Shown here piece by piece: positions 19,518 to 30,222 of a stretch of DNA of 64,000 nucleotides. The DNA lies in contig JBMOPW010000014.1 of assembly GCA_049322915.1 (NCBI GenBank), positions 541,527 through 605,526 of the forward strand. The letters are read 5' to 3'. The DNA is from Candidatus Zhuqueibacterota bacterium (GTDB lineage Bacteria > Zhuqueibacterota > Zhuqueibacteria > Thermofontimicrobiales > Thermofontimicrobiaceae). Made by a program: the position numbers and the translations under genes. Under the pieces are notes generated by a model that was not told where the DNA came from, ran no database searches, and saw nothing but the letters and a program-made list of their open reading frames with translations. How positions within the stretch are numbered: position 1 is the first letter of the stretch; every line of letters begins with the position of its first letter.

Positions 19518-21728
19518 ATGAAACCGATTTATTTAGACCACAACGCAACCACTCCCATCGATTCGGCGGTTGCGGACGCCATGATGCCGTATTTAAAGGA
19601 GGGATTCGGCAATCCATCCAGCTCGCACTGGTACGGCGTGCAAACCAAAAAGGCGGTGGAAAATGCGCGCCGGCAGGTGGCTGCGTTGTTAGGCTGCGAC
19701 TCGGACGAAATCATTTTCACCAGCGGCGGGACTGAGTCCAACAACTACGCCATTCGCGGCGTCGCTGAAACATTTCGCGAAAAGGGCAATCACATCATCA
19801 CGTCGTCGGTGGAACATCCGGCTGTGATCAATGTCTGCAATTATCTGGAAAGACATGGCTTCGAGGTGACCTATCTGCCGGTGGATTCCTACGGCATGGT
19901 TCAGGCCGAAGAAGTTGAAAAAGCCATCCGACCGGGCACCGTTCTGATTACCATAATGCACGCGAATAACGAAGTCGGCACGATTCAGCCCATTTCGGAG
20001 GTTGCCGAGATCGCGAAAAAACATGGGATTTTATTTCACACCGACGCGGCGCAGTCGGTTGGCAAAATCGCGACGCGCGTGAAAGAACTGGGCGTGGATA
20101 TGATGTCCATCGCCGGGCACAAACTGTACGCACCAAAAGGCATCGGCGCGCTGTACCTTCGCCGCGGGTTGAAATTACAGTCGTTGATGCTGGGCGCCAA
20201 TCACGAGGCCGGCCGCCGCGCCGGCACTGAAAATGTGCTGGAAATTGTGGGATTGGGTAAAGCATGCGATTTGGCTGGACAGCATTTTGAAGCGAATCAA
20301 CAGCACATGAAAAAACTGCGCGACCGTTTGTGGGATGGATTTCAGCGCCAATTGCCGGACACGATTTTGAATGGTCACCCGGAAAAACGGCTGCCCAACA
20401 CGCTCAACGTGTCGTTCCCCGGCATCGACGCCAACACCCTGTTGGACGAATTGACCGAAGTGGCAGCTTCCCCCGGCGCTGCCTGCCATACCGATGTAGC
20501 GGAACCGTCGCCGGTACTTCTGGCCATGAAAGTGCCGATCGAGCGGGCGCTGGGCACCATTCGTTTTTCCACCGGCAAATTGAACGACGAGGAACAGATC
20601 GACCGGGCAATCGACTTTATCGCGAGCGCCGTGAAGCGGCTCCGCCCGGACAGCGCGGAGGAAGCGCCGATTATTTCGGTCGGCAAAGAAATTAAACTGA
20701 CCCATTTCACGCACGGTCTGGGCTGCGCCTGCAAATTGCGGCCGCAAAATCTGGAGGAGGTGCTGTCCTCGTTCGCTGCCATCACCGATCCCAATGTGCT
20801 GGTGGGAATTAATACGTCGGACGACGCGGCTGTGTACCGTTTGAGCGACAGCCTCGCCATTGTGCAGACTGTCGATTTTTTCACGCCCATTGTGGACGAT
20901 CCCTACCATTTCGGCGCCATCGCCGCGACCAATTCGCTGAGTGATATTTATGCCATGGGCGGCCGTCCCATTTTCGCGCTGAACATTGTCGGTTTTCCGG
21001 AGAAGCGTTTGCCCATGCAGGTGCTGAAGCAAATCCTCCAGGGCGCAGCGGATAAAGCGCACGAGGCCGGTATCGAAATTTTGGGCGGCCACACAGTGGA
21101 GGATTCAGAGCCCAAGTTCGGATTGACCGTGACCGGGACGATACATCCGCAGAAAGTATGGACCAACGCCGGCGCCCAACCGGGGGACGCTTTAATTTTG
21201 ACCAAGCCCATCGGACTGGGAATAATCACCACTGGCATCAAGCGGGGACTTGTGAATGAAGATATTGAAGCATTGGCCATTCACATCATGAGTCGCCTGA
21301 ACAAGGACGCGGCTCAGGTCGGTAAAAATTATACCATCCATGCCTGCACTGATGTGACGGGATTTGGGTTGCTGGGCCATTTGAAAGAAATGACTGCCGG
21401 CAGCAAAGTGAATGCGACAATCTATGTCGAAAGCGTTCCGTTCATCCCCGAGGCCCGCGAACTGGCCGCTGCCGATGTAATTCCCGGCGGCACCAGAGCG
21501 AACATGGAATATGTCGCTCCGTACGTTCGCTGGGGCGACGCTGTCTCCGAAATTGACAGGGTGCTGCTATGCGACGCCCAAACCTCCGGCGGATTGATAC
21601 TGGCTGTGCCGCAGAATGAAGAGGACGCACTGTTAGCCGACCTGGTGCAGCGAGGATTGACAGATACCCAAATTATTGGGGAAATGACGGAAGCGGGTAA
21701 GGGGATGATCACAGTAAATACGAAATGA
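19518..21728 (+). CDS. selD: Fusion of cysteine desulfurase/selenocysteine lyase (NifS-like) with selenide, water dikinase SelD
   Basis: N-half IYLDHNATT, FTSGGTESNN, HTDAAQSVGK, GHKLYAPKG, GAACH; C-half THGLGCACKL, DDAAVY, QTVDFFTPIVDD, TDVTGFGLLGH, DAQTSGGL. Confidence 0.92.
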   Translation: MKPIYLDHNATTPIDSAVADAMMPYLKEGFGNPSSSHWYGVQTKKAVENARRQVAALLGCDSDEIIFTSGGTESNNYAIRGVAETFREKGNHIITSSVEHPAVINVCNYLERHGFEVTYLPVDSYGMVQAEEVEKAIRPGTVLITIMHANNEVGTIQPISEVAEIAKKHGILFHTDAAQSVGKIATRVKELGVDMMSIAGHKLYAPKGIGALYLRRGLKLQSLMLGANHEAGRRAGTENVLEIVGLGKACDLAGQHFEANQQHMKKLRDRLWDGFQRQLPDTILNGHPEKRLPNTLNVSFPGIDANTLLDELTEVAASPGAACHTDVAEPSPVLLAMKVPIERALGTIRFSTGKLNDEEQIDRAIDFIASAVKRLRPDSAEEAPIISVGKEIKLTHFTHGLGCACKLRPQNLEEVLSSFAAITDPNVLVGINTSDDAAVYRLSDSLAIVQTVDFFTPIVDDPYHFGAIAATNSLSDIYAMGGRPIFALNIVGFPEKRLPMQVLKQILQGAADKAHEAGIEILGGHTVEDSEPKFGLTVTGTIHPQKVWTNAGAQPGDALILTKPIGLGIITTGIKRGLVNEDIEALAIHIMSRLNKDAAQVGKNYTIHACTDVTGFGLLGHLKEMTAGSKVNATIYVESVPFIPEARELAAADVIPGGTRANMEYVAPYVRWGDAVSEIDRVLLCDAQTSGGLILAVPQNEEDALLADLVQRGLTDTQIIGEMTEAGKGMITVNTK

Positions 21729-21865
21729 AAAAGATTGCAGACTAAGCGGTAGCAATCCAACGTACTTATTTAATTGAATCATTTGAATGATGACTGAAAT
21801 TGGATTTGGTTTTGGTATTTGAATTTTTTTATTCGATTCAGTCGTTCATTAAAAAGGAGGGTACC

Positions 21866-23011
21866 ATGAACCGTTCAATGCTGGCTGTTTTTCTGTTTTT
21901 CATCGCTGCTCATGCCGGGGATAACTGGAAAGGCGAAATTAAAATCATCGATGGCGTTACCCATGTTTTGAATACTACAGAGCCGCTCAATCCGAAATTC
22001 ACCATTTCATTGGAGAAGCAAGTCGTTCTGGGCGATGATATTAACGCCGAAGAATTCGTTTTCGAGCAGATCATCGACGGTGATGCGGACGAAAACGGAA
22101 ACATTTACCTGCTGGACTTCACCGCGTGTCACGTGCTCGTATTCGACAAAACCGGAGAATTGATCAAAACCATCGGGCGCAAGGGACAGGGACCAGGAGA
22201 ATTCACCTATCCCATGTCGATTTCAATAGTCGGGCCGGATACATTTTTTGTGGCCCAGGCAAATCCCAATCGCTTCACGTTTTTCAATTTTCAGGGCGAA
22301 CACATCAAGGATTTTACACTCGTTTTTACGGGCACATTTACCAAGGCGCGGCTTTTTTCACCCGGCAAACTCATTTATTCCAAATCAGAATTTTCAATGA
22401 AGGGCGAAAAATCATTCATGAAATTGAGCCTGAATACACGGGATATTGGGCAGGAAAATGATGCCGTTTTTTTTGAGACGGAAAAAGAAATGGATTTCAT
22501 GCGAACGAAAAAAGTATCTCAAAAAAGTACGCCCACTCTGCTGTGGACCTTCGATAAATCTGGAAGTGTGTACGCTGTCGATGATGTTTTTGATTACAAA
22601 ATCAAGGTCGCAGACTGCGCCGGTGAGGTGTTTCGCCTCATCGTGAAAAAATTCAGCCCGGTGAAAAAGACCAAAGAGGAAGTCGAAAAGGAAATGAAGC
22701 AGTTCGATGAAATACAGGAGCGAATGGGCGTGCAAATCGATTTTGATTATGAGACATCGCCGGAGAAGAGCATCATCAGCACGCTGCTGACGGATGAAAA
22801 AGGACGCTTGTGGGTAATCACACCGGAGGACGCGCCCAAAGACGGGATGGCGTTCGACGTATTTAACAGCGACGGAAAATTTTTGAACAAGATAAAAATC
22901 GAATCCATGAAGCCCGGGAATTTATTCATCAAGGGGAATCATTTATACAGCATTTACAGGGATGAGGATGAGCTATCGAAATTTGCGCGGTATAAGATTA
23001 TTGAGAAGTAG
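21866..23011 (+). CDS. Exported 6-bladed beta-propeller (NHL-like) protein
   Basis: Signal peptide; GNIYLLD...FDKTGELIKTIGRKGQGPGEF motif; AAGGAGG RBS before ATG 21866. Confidence 0.75.
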   Translation: MNRSMLAVFLFFIAAHAGDNWKGEIKIIDGVTHVLNTTEPLNPKFTISLEKQVVLGDDINAEEFVFEQIIDGDADENGNIYLLDFTACHVLVFDKTGELIKTIGRKGQGPGEFTYPMSISIVGPDTFFVAQANPNRFTFFNFQGEHIKDFTLVFTGTFTKARLFSPGKLIYSKSEFSMKGEKSFMKLSLNTRDIGQENDAVFFETEKEMDFMRTKKVSQKSTPTLLWTFDKSGSVYAVDDVFDYKIKVADCAGEVFRLIVKKFSPVKKTKEEVEKEMKQFDEIQERMGVQIDFDYETSPEKSIISTLLTDEKGRLWVITPEDAPKDGMAFDVFNSDGKFLNKIKIESMKPGNLFIKGNHLYSIYRDEDELSKFARYKIIEK

Positions 23012-23082
23012 AGTTGAATTTTCTTTCGTTCGGGGAAACAATCACCCCTGTTGTCCGAAGGACGCCGGGTGTGTTAGCCGGT

Positions 23083-24519
23083 TCACCGCGAAACTATAAG
23101 CAATTTTTCTGAATAATGTTCAATCCCATTGTGCAGCGCTCTGGCCACGCTCTGACAGTATGATTCTGATGTCAACAATTGTTCATCCATGGAGTTGGTC
23201 AAAAATCCAACCTCGACGAGAATGGCCGGCATCTCGGCGCCAATGAGCACGACAAATCCTGCCTGTCGGACGCCGCGGTTATTCTGGTTGGTTCCCGCGA
23301 TCAAATGATACTGGATTAACTCTGCAAATTCCCGGCTCTCTTCTGTCTTGCAATTTTTCAATATATCACTGAGAGTCGACTCCAACTGGCTGAACGAAAT
23401 ATGCGCGGTTGTATTCTCGAAAGCGGCCACGCGCCGGGCTTCTTCATCTTTGGCAAGCGACAGATAATAGGTCTCGATCCCGTTTCGGTCGCTGAATTGA
23501 TGCGCATTCGCATGGATGCTGATGAACAGGTCGCCGTGTTTCTGATTGGCAAACGCGGTACGTTCCTCCAGCGGGAGATACACATCCGATTCCCGGGTCA
23601 GATGAACAGCGACATGTTTATCCTGTTTCAGTAAAGCGGCCAACTGTTTGGCGATGTGCAGGGTAATGTCTTTTTCCTGAACGCCGGTGGGACTCACCGC
23701 GCCGGGGTCTTTTCCGCCGTGCCCGGGATCGATGATAATGGTGTTCACTTTCAAACCCAACTCCTGCGCCAGTGTGCTTTCAGAATGGGGAGCAGAGCTA
23801 TTTACTTCGGAAGCGAACCCCAAATTTTTCGAGGCCGAGTTTGCAGCCACCCGGGTGGAACCATCGGCGCGGGGCGTGAGAGGACCGGCGAACGAAAAAT
23901 CAACGTACATCTGGTTCAGACGGCTGTCCTGCGTGATAGCGAAGGCGACTGCCTGGCTCAGGTCCAGGACAATGCGGGCGGTGTTTTTATCGAACTGACC
24001 GGCGCGTATCATTTTGACAAAGCCATCATTAATTTCAACGACCTTTTTATTCGGTTCGAGATAAGTTTGGTTGAGGTCAATGTAAAGCCTGTCCGGCTGT
24101 TTCAATACATTGGCCTTATATTCTGGCAGATAGTCGAGCAGAATGGTGAGCCGATAATGATCAGGCTCTGCCGAGAGATAAAAGTCTTTGATGTGAGTCG
24201 ACCGGTTGTCCCGTGACAAATCCAAATGGTTTGCATCATTGCGGTCCCGCAAATGCGCTGTTGCCGGCTGGCTGTCCGATCCATTGCGCCGTGCATTGTT
24301 CTTATTTTTTGACGAAGCGACGTCCAGCGTCCCTTCGATTGCCTCGGAGGATAGCGTCGGATACTGAAACGGCGCAGGTCGAATTTCATCGGAGGCAGCG
24401 TTGTAATTTTGAACAGAGTGGATGAATGTTCGGAGTCTGGCGCCCGGGGTGCACGAGAAAATTAAAATCAAAATGCTGACCCCCAGACGCATTCCTGATT
24501 TCAATAGCTCTTCTACCAT
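23083..24519 (-). CDS. N-acetylmuramoyl-L-alanine amidase (AMIN + Amidase_3)
   Basis: IIIDPGHGGKDPGA, EKDITL, FISIHANA, PAILVEVGFLTN; AMIN motif PDRLYIDL...IRAGQFD..ARIVLDL. Start uncertain. Confidence 0.9.
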   Translation of the reverse strand: MVEELLKSGMRLGVSILILIFSCTPGARLRTFIHSVQNYNAASDEIRPAPFQYPTLSSEAIEGTLDVASSKNKNNARRNGSDSQPATAHLRDRNDANHLDLSRDNRSTHIKDFYLSAEPDHYRLTILLDYLPEYKANVLKQPDRLYIDLNQTYLEPNKKVVEINDGFVKMIRAGQFDKNTARIVLDLSQAVAFAITQDSRLNQMYVDFSFAGPLTPRADGSTRVAANSASKNLGFASEVNSSAPHSESTLAQELGLKVNTIIIDPGHGGKDPGAVSPTGVQEKDITLHIAKQLAALLKQDKHVAVHLTRESDVYLPLEERTAFANQKHGDLFISIHANAHQFSDRNGIETYYLSLAKDEEARRVAAFENTTAHISFSQLESTLSDILKNCKTEESREFAELIQYHLIAGTNQNNRGVRQAGFVVLIGAEMPAILVEVGFLTNSMDEQLLTSESYCQSVARALHNGIEHYSEKLLIVSR

Positions 24520-24820
24520 GGGTATTCGACCTTTTTTCAACATTTGTATCAGCGAATTAACCCTACTCCGTCATTTAGCAAGTTCTGCACAATATATTGT
24601 ATGTTATGTTGTCAGAAAAAACGATATATTGTGCTAATAATTCTAAGTGACGTTGTAGGGTTAATATGAAAAGCATCTACTATATTTTCGACACACTCAT
24701 TGAAAAACCTTAACAATTGGCAGTGAACTTTGCACGGAATGATGGTGTTTAATCGGCAACACGTGTTGTTACAAAAATATATAATATTCTCTACCGGGCA
24801 ATTTCAGGAAAGGAAGAAGG

Positions 24821-26065
24821 ATGAGCACTCTGGCCTGTCTGGGCGGCGCGCCGATCTCAGAAAATGTATTGCAGCAGTCAGAACTGGTAAAGCGACCGGA
24901 TTTGGAAAAAAAGTACCTGCTGGAGGTGTACGACTCCGGCGCCTGGGACGATTGGCCCGGTGAAAATTCCATGGCGTCGCTTTTTCAAAAAGAATGGGCG
25001 GAATTCAATAATTCCAGGCATTGCGCGTTGCTCACCAATGGGACCCATACGCTGCAAGTGGCGCTGGAATCACTGGATATTGGGGTTGGCGACGAAGTGA
25101 TTGTGCCCGGGCTCACCTGGCAGGCGACTGCCAGCGCCGTGTGCGATGTGAACGCAACTCCGGTTCTGGTCGATGTGGAACCGGACACGCTCTGCATTGA
25201 TCCGCAGAAAGTGGAGCAGGCGATTACATCGCGGACGCGGGCGATTATTCCTGTGCATTTGTATCATCGCATGGCTGACATGGACCGGTTTCTGGCAATC
25301 GCTAAAAAGCACAATCTGCATCTCATTGAAGACAGCGCCCACAGTCACGGTTCGCTATGGCGGGGCAAGAACGCCGGCACCATGGGGGTGTTCGGCTCGT
25401 TCAGTTTTCAGCGGTCAAAATTAATGAACGCCGGCGAAGGCGGTGCGCTGCTGATGCAGGATGAATCGCTCTATTGGAAAGTGGTGAGCCAGCGCAGTTG
25501 CGGCCGGGAATACCAGACTACAAAAGTTCACAGCGGAAATTATCGCATCACCAGCTTTCAGGCTGCTGTGCTGCGGGGACAGTTAGCAGCGCTGAAACAA
25601 AATATTGACACCATCAATTCGCGCGGGCTGTCCTTAGATAGGGCAATCGCCGACGCGCCAGGCGTGACGCCCCTGCGCCGCGACCCGAATATCACGCGGC
25701 AATGCAGCTACGCGTTCATTTTCCTGTTCGATCCCGAAGCATTCAACGGGCTGGACGTCGCTCATTTCCGGGAGGCATTATCGGCGGAGCTGGGCATCCC
25801 GTTTTACACGACGTACACCCCGCTCTCCCATAGCGAGGTCTATTACCCGCACACGAAAAGGCGGCATTCTCTCTCCGAAGCTTATTTAAAAGCGATCACG
25901 CCATCGCGCTGGGAATTGCCGGTGGCCGATGATATCTGGAAAAACAGAGCGGTGCTGACCCAATGGAACGTGTTCGGCTGCCCGGCGGAAAAGACGAAAT
26001 TGTTCACCGATGCTGTGGCCAAAATTTATGAACATCGCGGCGAGCTACTCCGCGCCCGCGCGTGA
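24821..26065 (+). CDS. DegT/DnrJ/EryC1/StrS PLP aminotransferase, scyllo-inosose aminotransferase (StsC/BtrR)-like
   Basis: GDEVIVPGLTWQATASAV, LIEDSAHSHG, FSFQRSKLMNAGEGG; the C-terminal ALSAELG...KRRHSLSEAYLKAITPSRWELP segment resembles StsC/BtrR as recalled. Confidence 0.82.
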   Translation: MSTLACLGGAPISENVLQQSELVKRPDLEKKYLLEVYDSGAWDDWPGENSMASLFQKEWAEFNNSRHCALLTNGTHTLQVALESLDIGVGDEVIVPGLTWQATASAVCDVNATPVLVDVEPDTLCIDPQKVEQAITSRTRAIIPVHLYHRMADMDRFLAIAKKHNLHLIEDSAHSHGSLWRGKNAGTMGVFGSFSFQRSKLMNAGEGGALLMQDESLYWKVVSQRSCGREYQTTKVHSGNYRITSFQAAVLRGQLAALKQNIDTINSRGLSLDRAIADAPGVTPLRRDPNITRQCSYAFIFLFDPEAFNGLDVAHFREALSAELGIPFYTTYTPLSHSEVYYPHTKRRHSLSEAYLKAITPSRWELPVADDIWKNRAVLTQWNVFGCPAEKTKLFTDAVAKIYEHRGELLRARA

Positions 26066-26086
26066 GAATTATTCACTGGTACGACT

Positions 26087-26839
26087 ATGAATTTGAATGA
26101 ATTCTGGAGCCCGTTTTGTGGCGCCGTCTCCATTACGTTCGACGACGGGACGGATAATCAACTGGAAAAAGCAGTCCCCCTCCTGGATAGCCACAGGATT
26201 TTGGGGACGTTCTATCTTCATCCCCATGGTTCGCACTGGGAGCGCCATCAGAAAACGTGGCAGGCAATTGGCGAGACAGGGCATGAAATTGGCAATCATT
26301 CGCTGTCCCATTATTGCCCCAACAATCTGACGGGCCGGCGCGGCAATCTAGAGGATTTGACGCTGGCCGATATCGAAAAGGATATTCGAATCGCGCAGGA
26401 GCGGCTATCGCCAATCGCCCCGCATCAGAAAAACTGGACATTTGCCTATCCGTGTTACTGCACCTATGTGGGACAGGGAATCGCGCAGCAAAGCTACGTC
26501 CCGCTGGTTGCGCAGCACTTTCTTGCCGGTCGGGCTGGCGGCGAATATGGCTTTGGCAACTGGCCGGGACTGATCGATCTGGCAAACATATCGGCCATGG
26601 CAACGGACCGCATGAGTGGATTCGAAATGATCGGTTTGGTCGAAGAACTGACGACGCGGGGGCAATGGGTCGTGCTGGTCTTTCACGAAATTAATGGCCC
26701 GCGGCTCACTGTGGGGAGCCATGATTTTCAAATGCTTCTCAACTACTTGCAGCGAAAATCGAACGAAATTTGGACCGCTCCGGTCGCTGCTGTCGCTTCG
26801 AAAATTGCTGAATATAACGACGAATTTTCAGCCCCATGA
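26087..26839 (+). CDS. Polysaccharide deacetylase (NodB/CE4 family)
   Basis: SITFDDG, GHEIGNHSLSH, FAYP, VLVFHEI motifs. Confidence 0.85.
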   Translation: MNLNEFWSPFCGAVSITFDDGTDNQLEKAVPLLDSHRILGTFYLHPHGSHWERHQKTWQAIGETGHEIGNHSLSHYCPNNLTGRRGNLEDLTLADIEKDIRIAQERLSPIAPHQKNWTFAYPCYCTYVGQGIAQQSYVPLVAQHFLAGRAGGEYGFGNWPGLIDLANISAMATDRMSGFEMIGLVEELTTRGQWVVLVFHEINGPRLTVGSHDFQMLLNYLQRKSNEIWTAPVAAVASKIAEYNDEFSAP

Positions 26840-26997
26840 TTCAGTGGATCTGATGCTCGCTTGCACGACGTCCATTCATCTTCTTTTCAACCATAACGAC
26901 GCCAAAAAGAAAACGCTATTACCCGGGTTTGGCGTCGCCGGGTAAGCCTCATGACAAAAATTTTAAACCCATCGAACTGTCCTGCAATTGCCATTAA

Positions 26998-29931
26998 ATG
27001 TTAACCATGAAAAGGAGCGCGTTGATGAGGAAATTTCTGAATAGCTTCCAGTACAATATGAACTTGCTGCTCGTTGCAATAATTCCCTGGGTGAGTTGTC
27101 ACCGGAGCGGCAGCCGCGAACTGGTCAAAAAGAATTCTGTGTTTTACTCGCCCCGTGTTGTGGAAAAAATGCAGCGCGCAATCGGCTCGGATCCCTGGGC
27201 AGCCGACGTAAAAACGACCTGTCTCGAAAATGCCCGGCCGTGGCTGGAGTGCCCGGATGAAAAACTATGGTCAGCCATGTTCGGGCCCACCATTTCCCGA
27301 ACGTGGATGGTGTGGTCCAATGGCTATTGCCCATCGTGTAAAAAGTCCGTGCCCATGTACACCTGGAAAGTCGACCCGCTCCGGAATCCCTGGAAAGTGC
27401 AGTGCCCCCATTGCGCCGAAAATTTTCCCAGGAATGATTTTCTGGCTTTTTATCAATCCGGGCTGGACGAGCACGGCGTGTTCGATCCCCAGCGCGGCGA
27501 CAGGTCGCTGCTGTTCAATAGCGAGCATTCGGCTGTGGGCGATTCGCTTCGCACATTCGGCGTGGACGATGGCGAAGGATATGTCAACGGCCCCAATCGC
27601 TGGCGGTTCATCGGCGCGTACCTCATTCACGGCCAGTGGAAACGATTCGTGTACGACGGCATATTGAACCTCGCTCTGGCGTATCTGGTCAGTCAGGATT
27701 CGGTCAATGCGCACAAAGCCGGGATTCTGCTGGATCGCGTGGCAGATCTGTATCCGGGCTTCGATTTCGTCACCCAGGGGTACTCGTACGAAAGACAGGA
27801 CCCGATTTTGGGGCACGGCTATATTTCTGTCTGGCATGACGCCTGCGCCGAGACGCGCGAGATGGCCCTGGCCTACGATGCGATTTTCGATGCGCTGAAA
27901 AAGGACAAAGCGCTCGTTTCGTTTTTGGCGGAAAAAGCCCGGCAGCATAAACTGGCCAATGCCAAGTCGTCCTTCCAACTGATTCAGAAAAATATCGAGG
28001 ATCGAATATTCAGCGATGCGCTTCAGAATCGCCATAAGATCGAAAGCAATTTCCCGCAAACAGAAATCACTCAGGCGATTATTGAAACGGTGCTGCACTG
28101 GCCGGAGCAGCGCAGTCGCACGCTGGAGGCAATCGACGCGTTCATTTCACCCGGGCTGAGAAATGATGGACTGAGCGGCGAGAAGGGGCTCGCCGGCTAT
28201 GCAGTCGGCTTTCCGCGGTCGTTAGCGCAATTCCTGTCGCTGTACAATCAAATCGATGAAGGCCTGTTGAAGTCATTGTTCGAACGGCGCCCGGGCATCC
28301 AAAAGGCGTTCCGATTTCATGTCGATACCTGGGTTGACCAGTCGTATTACCCCAAAGTGGGTGATACCGGCGTCATCGGACAGAAGGACAGCCATTACGT
28401 CGGCGCGCAATTTTTGAAAAAGCCCATGCAGGAGCGGCCATCGATGTACGCGTTTCTCTCCATGTACTCGTTTTTCTGGAAGTTGTTCGAGCTGACAAAC
28501 GACACGGTCTACGTTCAGATTCTGTTCCGGGAAAATGAAAGCAATGCAGAGGGGCTGCCTTTTGATCTGCTGTGCGACGATCAGTCCGGATTCCAGGCCC
28601 GGGTGCAGCGCGTCATCGATGAGGCAGGGGAAAACGTGCCGGAATCGTCGGTGAATAAAACCGGATGGTGTCTGGGATTGCTTCGCGCCGGGACCAGTCC
28701 TCATCAGCGGACGGTGTGGCTCGACTACGATGTGGGCGGAAACCACTGTCACGCAGATGGCATGAATATGGGTTTGTTCGCGTACGGACTGGATATGATC
28801 CCCGGTTTTGGCTATCCCCCGGTGCAATTCGGCGGCTGGCATTCCCCCCGGGCCATCTGGTATCGCAAAACCGCTGCGCACAATACAGTGGTTGTCGATG
28901 GTATGGATCAGATTCCACATGTTGGGCAGCGCGAAACCGAACCATTGGCCGTGCAATTGAACCCGGAGAAGCGACTCGTACGCGGCAAAACAACGCTGTG
29001 GGCTGTGGGCGAGCATGTTCAGGCAATTCGGGCGACCGGGCCGGATTTGTACGGCGCCGGAAAATTGAAGCAATACGAACGCATGCTGATGCTGGTGGAT
29101 ATTTCAGAAAATGCAAGCTATGTGCTCGATGTCTTTCGCGTCGTCGGAGGGAGCGATCACGCGAAGTTTTTGCACGGCCATTTCGGAACCATGGAAACGA
29201 CCGGGCTCAATCTGTCGCCTCATCCTGATTTTGGCATGGAGACCCAGATGCGAAATTTCAATCGGGACGCCAACCCGGCGAGCGGATGGAGCGCCACGTG
29301 GCGTTTGCGCGACGTCCATTCCTATCTGCCGGATAGCGCCTCGGTATTCCTCCGCTATTTTGATCTCACGCGGAACGCTGCTGCTTTCACGGCAGAGACC
29401 TGGGTGGCGTTCGGATTTAATGACAGCAATGAGGCATGGCTGCCGTCGCTGGTGGTGCGGAATCACAGCGATGCTGCGTCACTTGCCACGAACTTCGTCG
29501 GTATTCTCGAACCATTCGAAACAGCGCCCCTGGTCAGATCTGTCAAACGGTACGACGTCATCAACAAACAGGGTGCACTCTATTCGGACATGAATGTCGC
29601 CCTCGAGGTGGAACTGGTGAATGGTTCGAGAGACATCCTCGTGTCGGTGGATGCGGAAAATCCACTGGCTGTTGAGCCATCGTGCACCGTGGAGAAATAC
29701 ATCAGGCTCCCGGAGTGGGATCTGGAAACGGATGCAGCGCTCTGTTTCATCCGCTTGAACCGGGAGCGTCAGATTCAGTCGATCGCCATTGCCGGTGGAA
29801 GCTTCGTGAACTGCGCCGGGGCGTCCCTGTCGCTGACTCGCCGGTCGGATTTTTTTGAAATCATAGTTGAAAATGGCAGACCGATTGTCCTGACCGGGGA
29901 CGAAGCTGACATTGAGCATATCTCCCTGTAG
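26998..29931 (+). CDS. Heparinase II/III-like exported protein with N-terminal CxxC pair
   Basis: GGNHCHADGMNMGLFAYG...GYPPV...AAHNTVVVDG motif; CPSC and CPHC near the N-terminus; possible lipobox VSC. Start uncertain. Confidence 0.7.
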   Translation: MLTMKRSALMRKFLNSFQYNMNLLLVAIIPWVSCHRSGSRELVKKNSVFYSPRVVEKMQRAIGSDPWAADVKTTCLENARPWLECPDEKLWSAMFGPTISRTWMVWSNGYCPSCKKSVPMYTWKVDPLRNPWKVQCPHCAENFPRNDFLAFYQSGLDEHGVFDPQRGDRSLLFNSEHSAVGDSLRTFGVDDGEGYVNGPNRWRFIGAYLIHGQWKRFVYDGILNLALAYLVSQDSVNAHKAGILLDRVADLYPGFDFVTQGYSYERQDPILGHGYISVWHDACAETREMALAYDAIFDALKKDKALVSFLAEKARQHKLANAKSSFQLIQKNIEDRIFSDALQNRHKIESNFPQTEITQAIIETVLHWPEQRSRTLEAIDAFISPGLRNDGLSGEKGLAGYAVGFPRSLAQFLSLYNQIDEGLLKSLFERRPGIQKAFRFHVDTWVDQSYYPKVGDTGVIGQKDSHYVGAQFLKKPMQERPSMYAFLSMYSFFWKLFELTNDTVYVQILFRENESNAEGLPFDLLCDDQSGFQARVQRVIDEAGENVPESSVNKTGWCLGLLRAGTSPHQRTVWLDYDVGGNHCHADGMNMGLFAYGLDMIPGFGYPPVQFGGWHSPRAIWYRKTAAHNTVVVDGMDQIPHVGQRETEPLAVQLNPEKRLVRGKTTLWAVGEHVQAIRATGPDLYGAGKLKQYERMLMLVDISENASYVLDVFRVVGGSDHAKFLHGHFGTMETTGLNLSPHPDFGMETQMRNFNRDANPASGWSATWRLRDVHSYLPDSASVFLRYFDLTRNAAAFTAETWVAFGFNDSNEAWLPSLVVRNHSDAASLATNFVGILEPFETAPLVRSVKRYDVINKQGALYSDMNVALEVELVNGSRDILVSVDAENPLAVEPSCTVEKYIRLPEWDLETDAALCFIRLNRERQIQSIAIAGGSFVNCAGASLSLTRRSDFFEIIVENGRPIVLTGDEADIEHISL

Positions 29932-30222
29932 CGCTTCCCGCTGGCGTGTCGGGGTTAATGCAGGTAACCGTAGAAACTGGTCATTTCATCGGCAGCACAT
30001 TGAGACGAAGAAATCGCTTGATTTTTTGGACATCTTTGTGTAGTTTATCGTCAACTTTTTCAATAAGACCGATAGGTTATTTTTAAGAACTTTACCAGGT
30101 CAGATTGAGCCAATGTGGACATCAGAAATTAACTTTCGCAACGTGTGCAGGCGTTGTAACATAGCGTCGCATACCATTGCTGTGAAAATTAGTCGAAGTA
30201 AAAATAACAGTTGGAGGGTAAC

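Noticed and set aside
20700..20740. Selenocysteine in SelD
   Set aside because: The codons are TGC (GCACK); there is no in-frame TGA.
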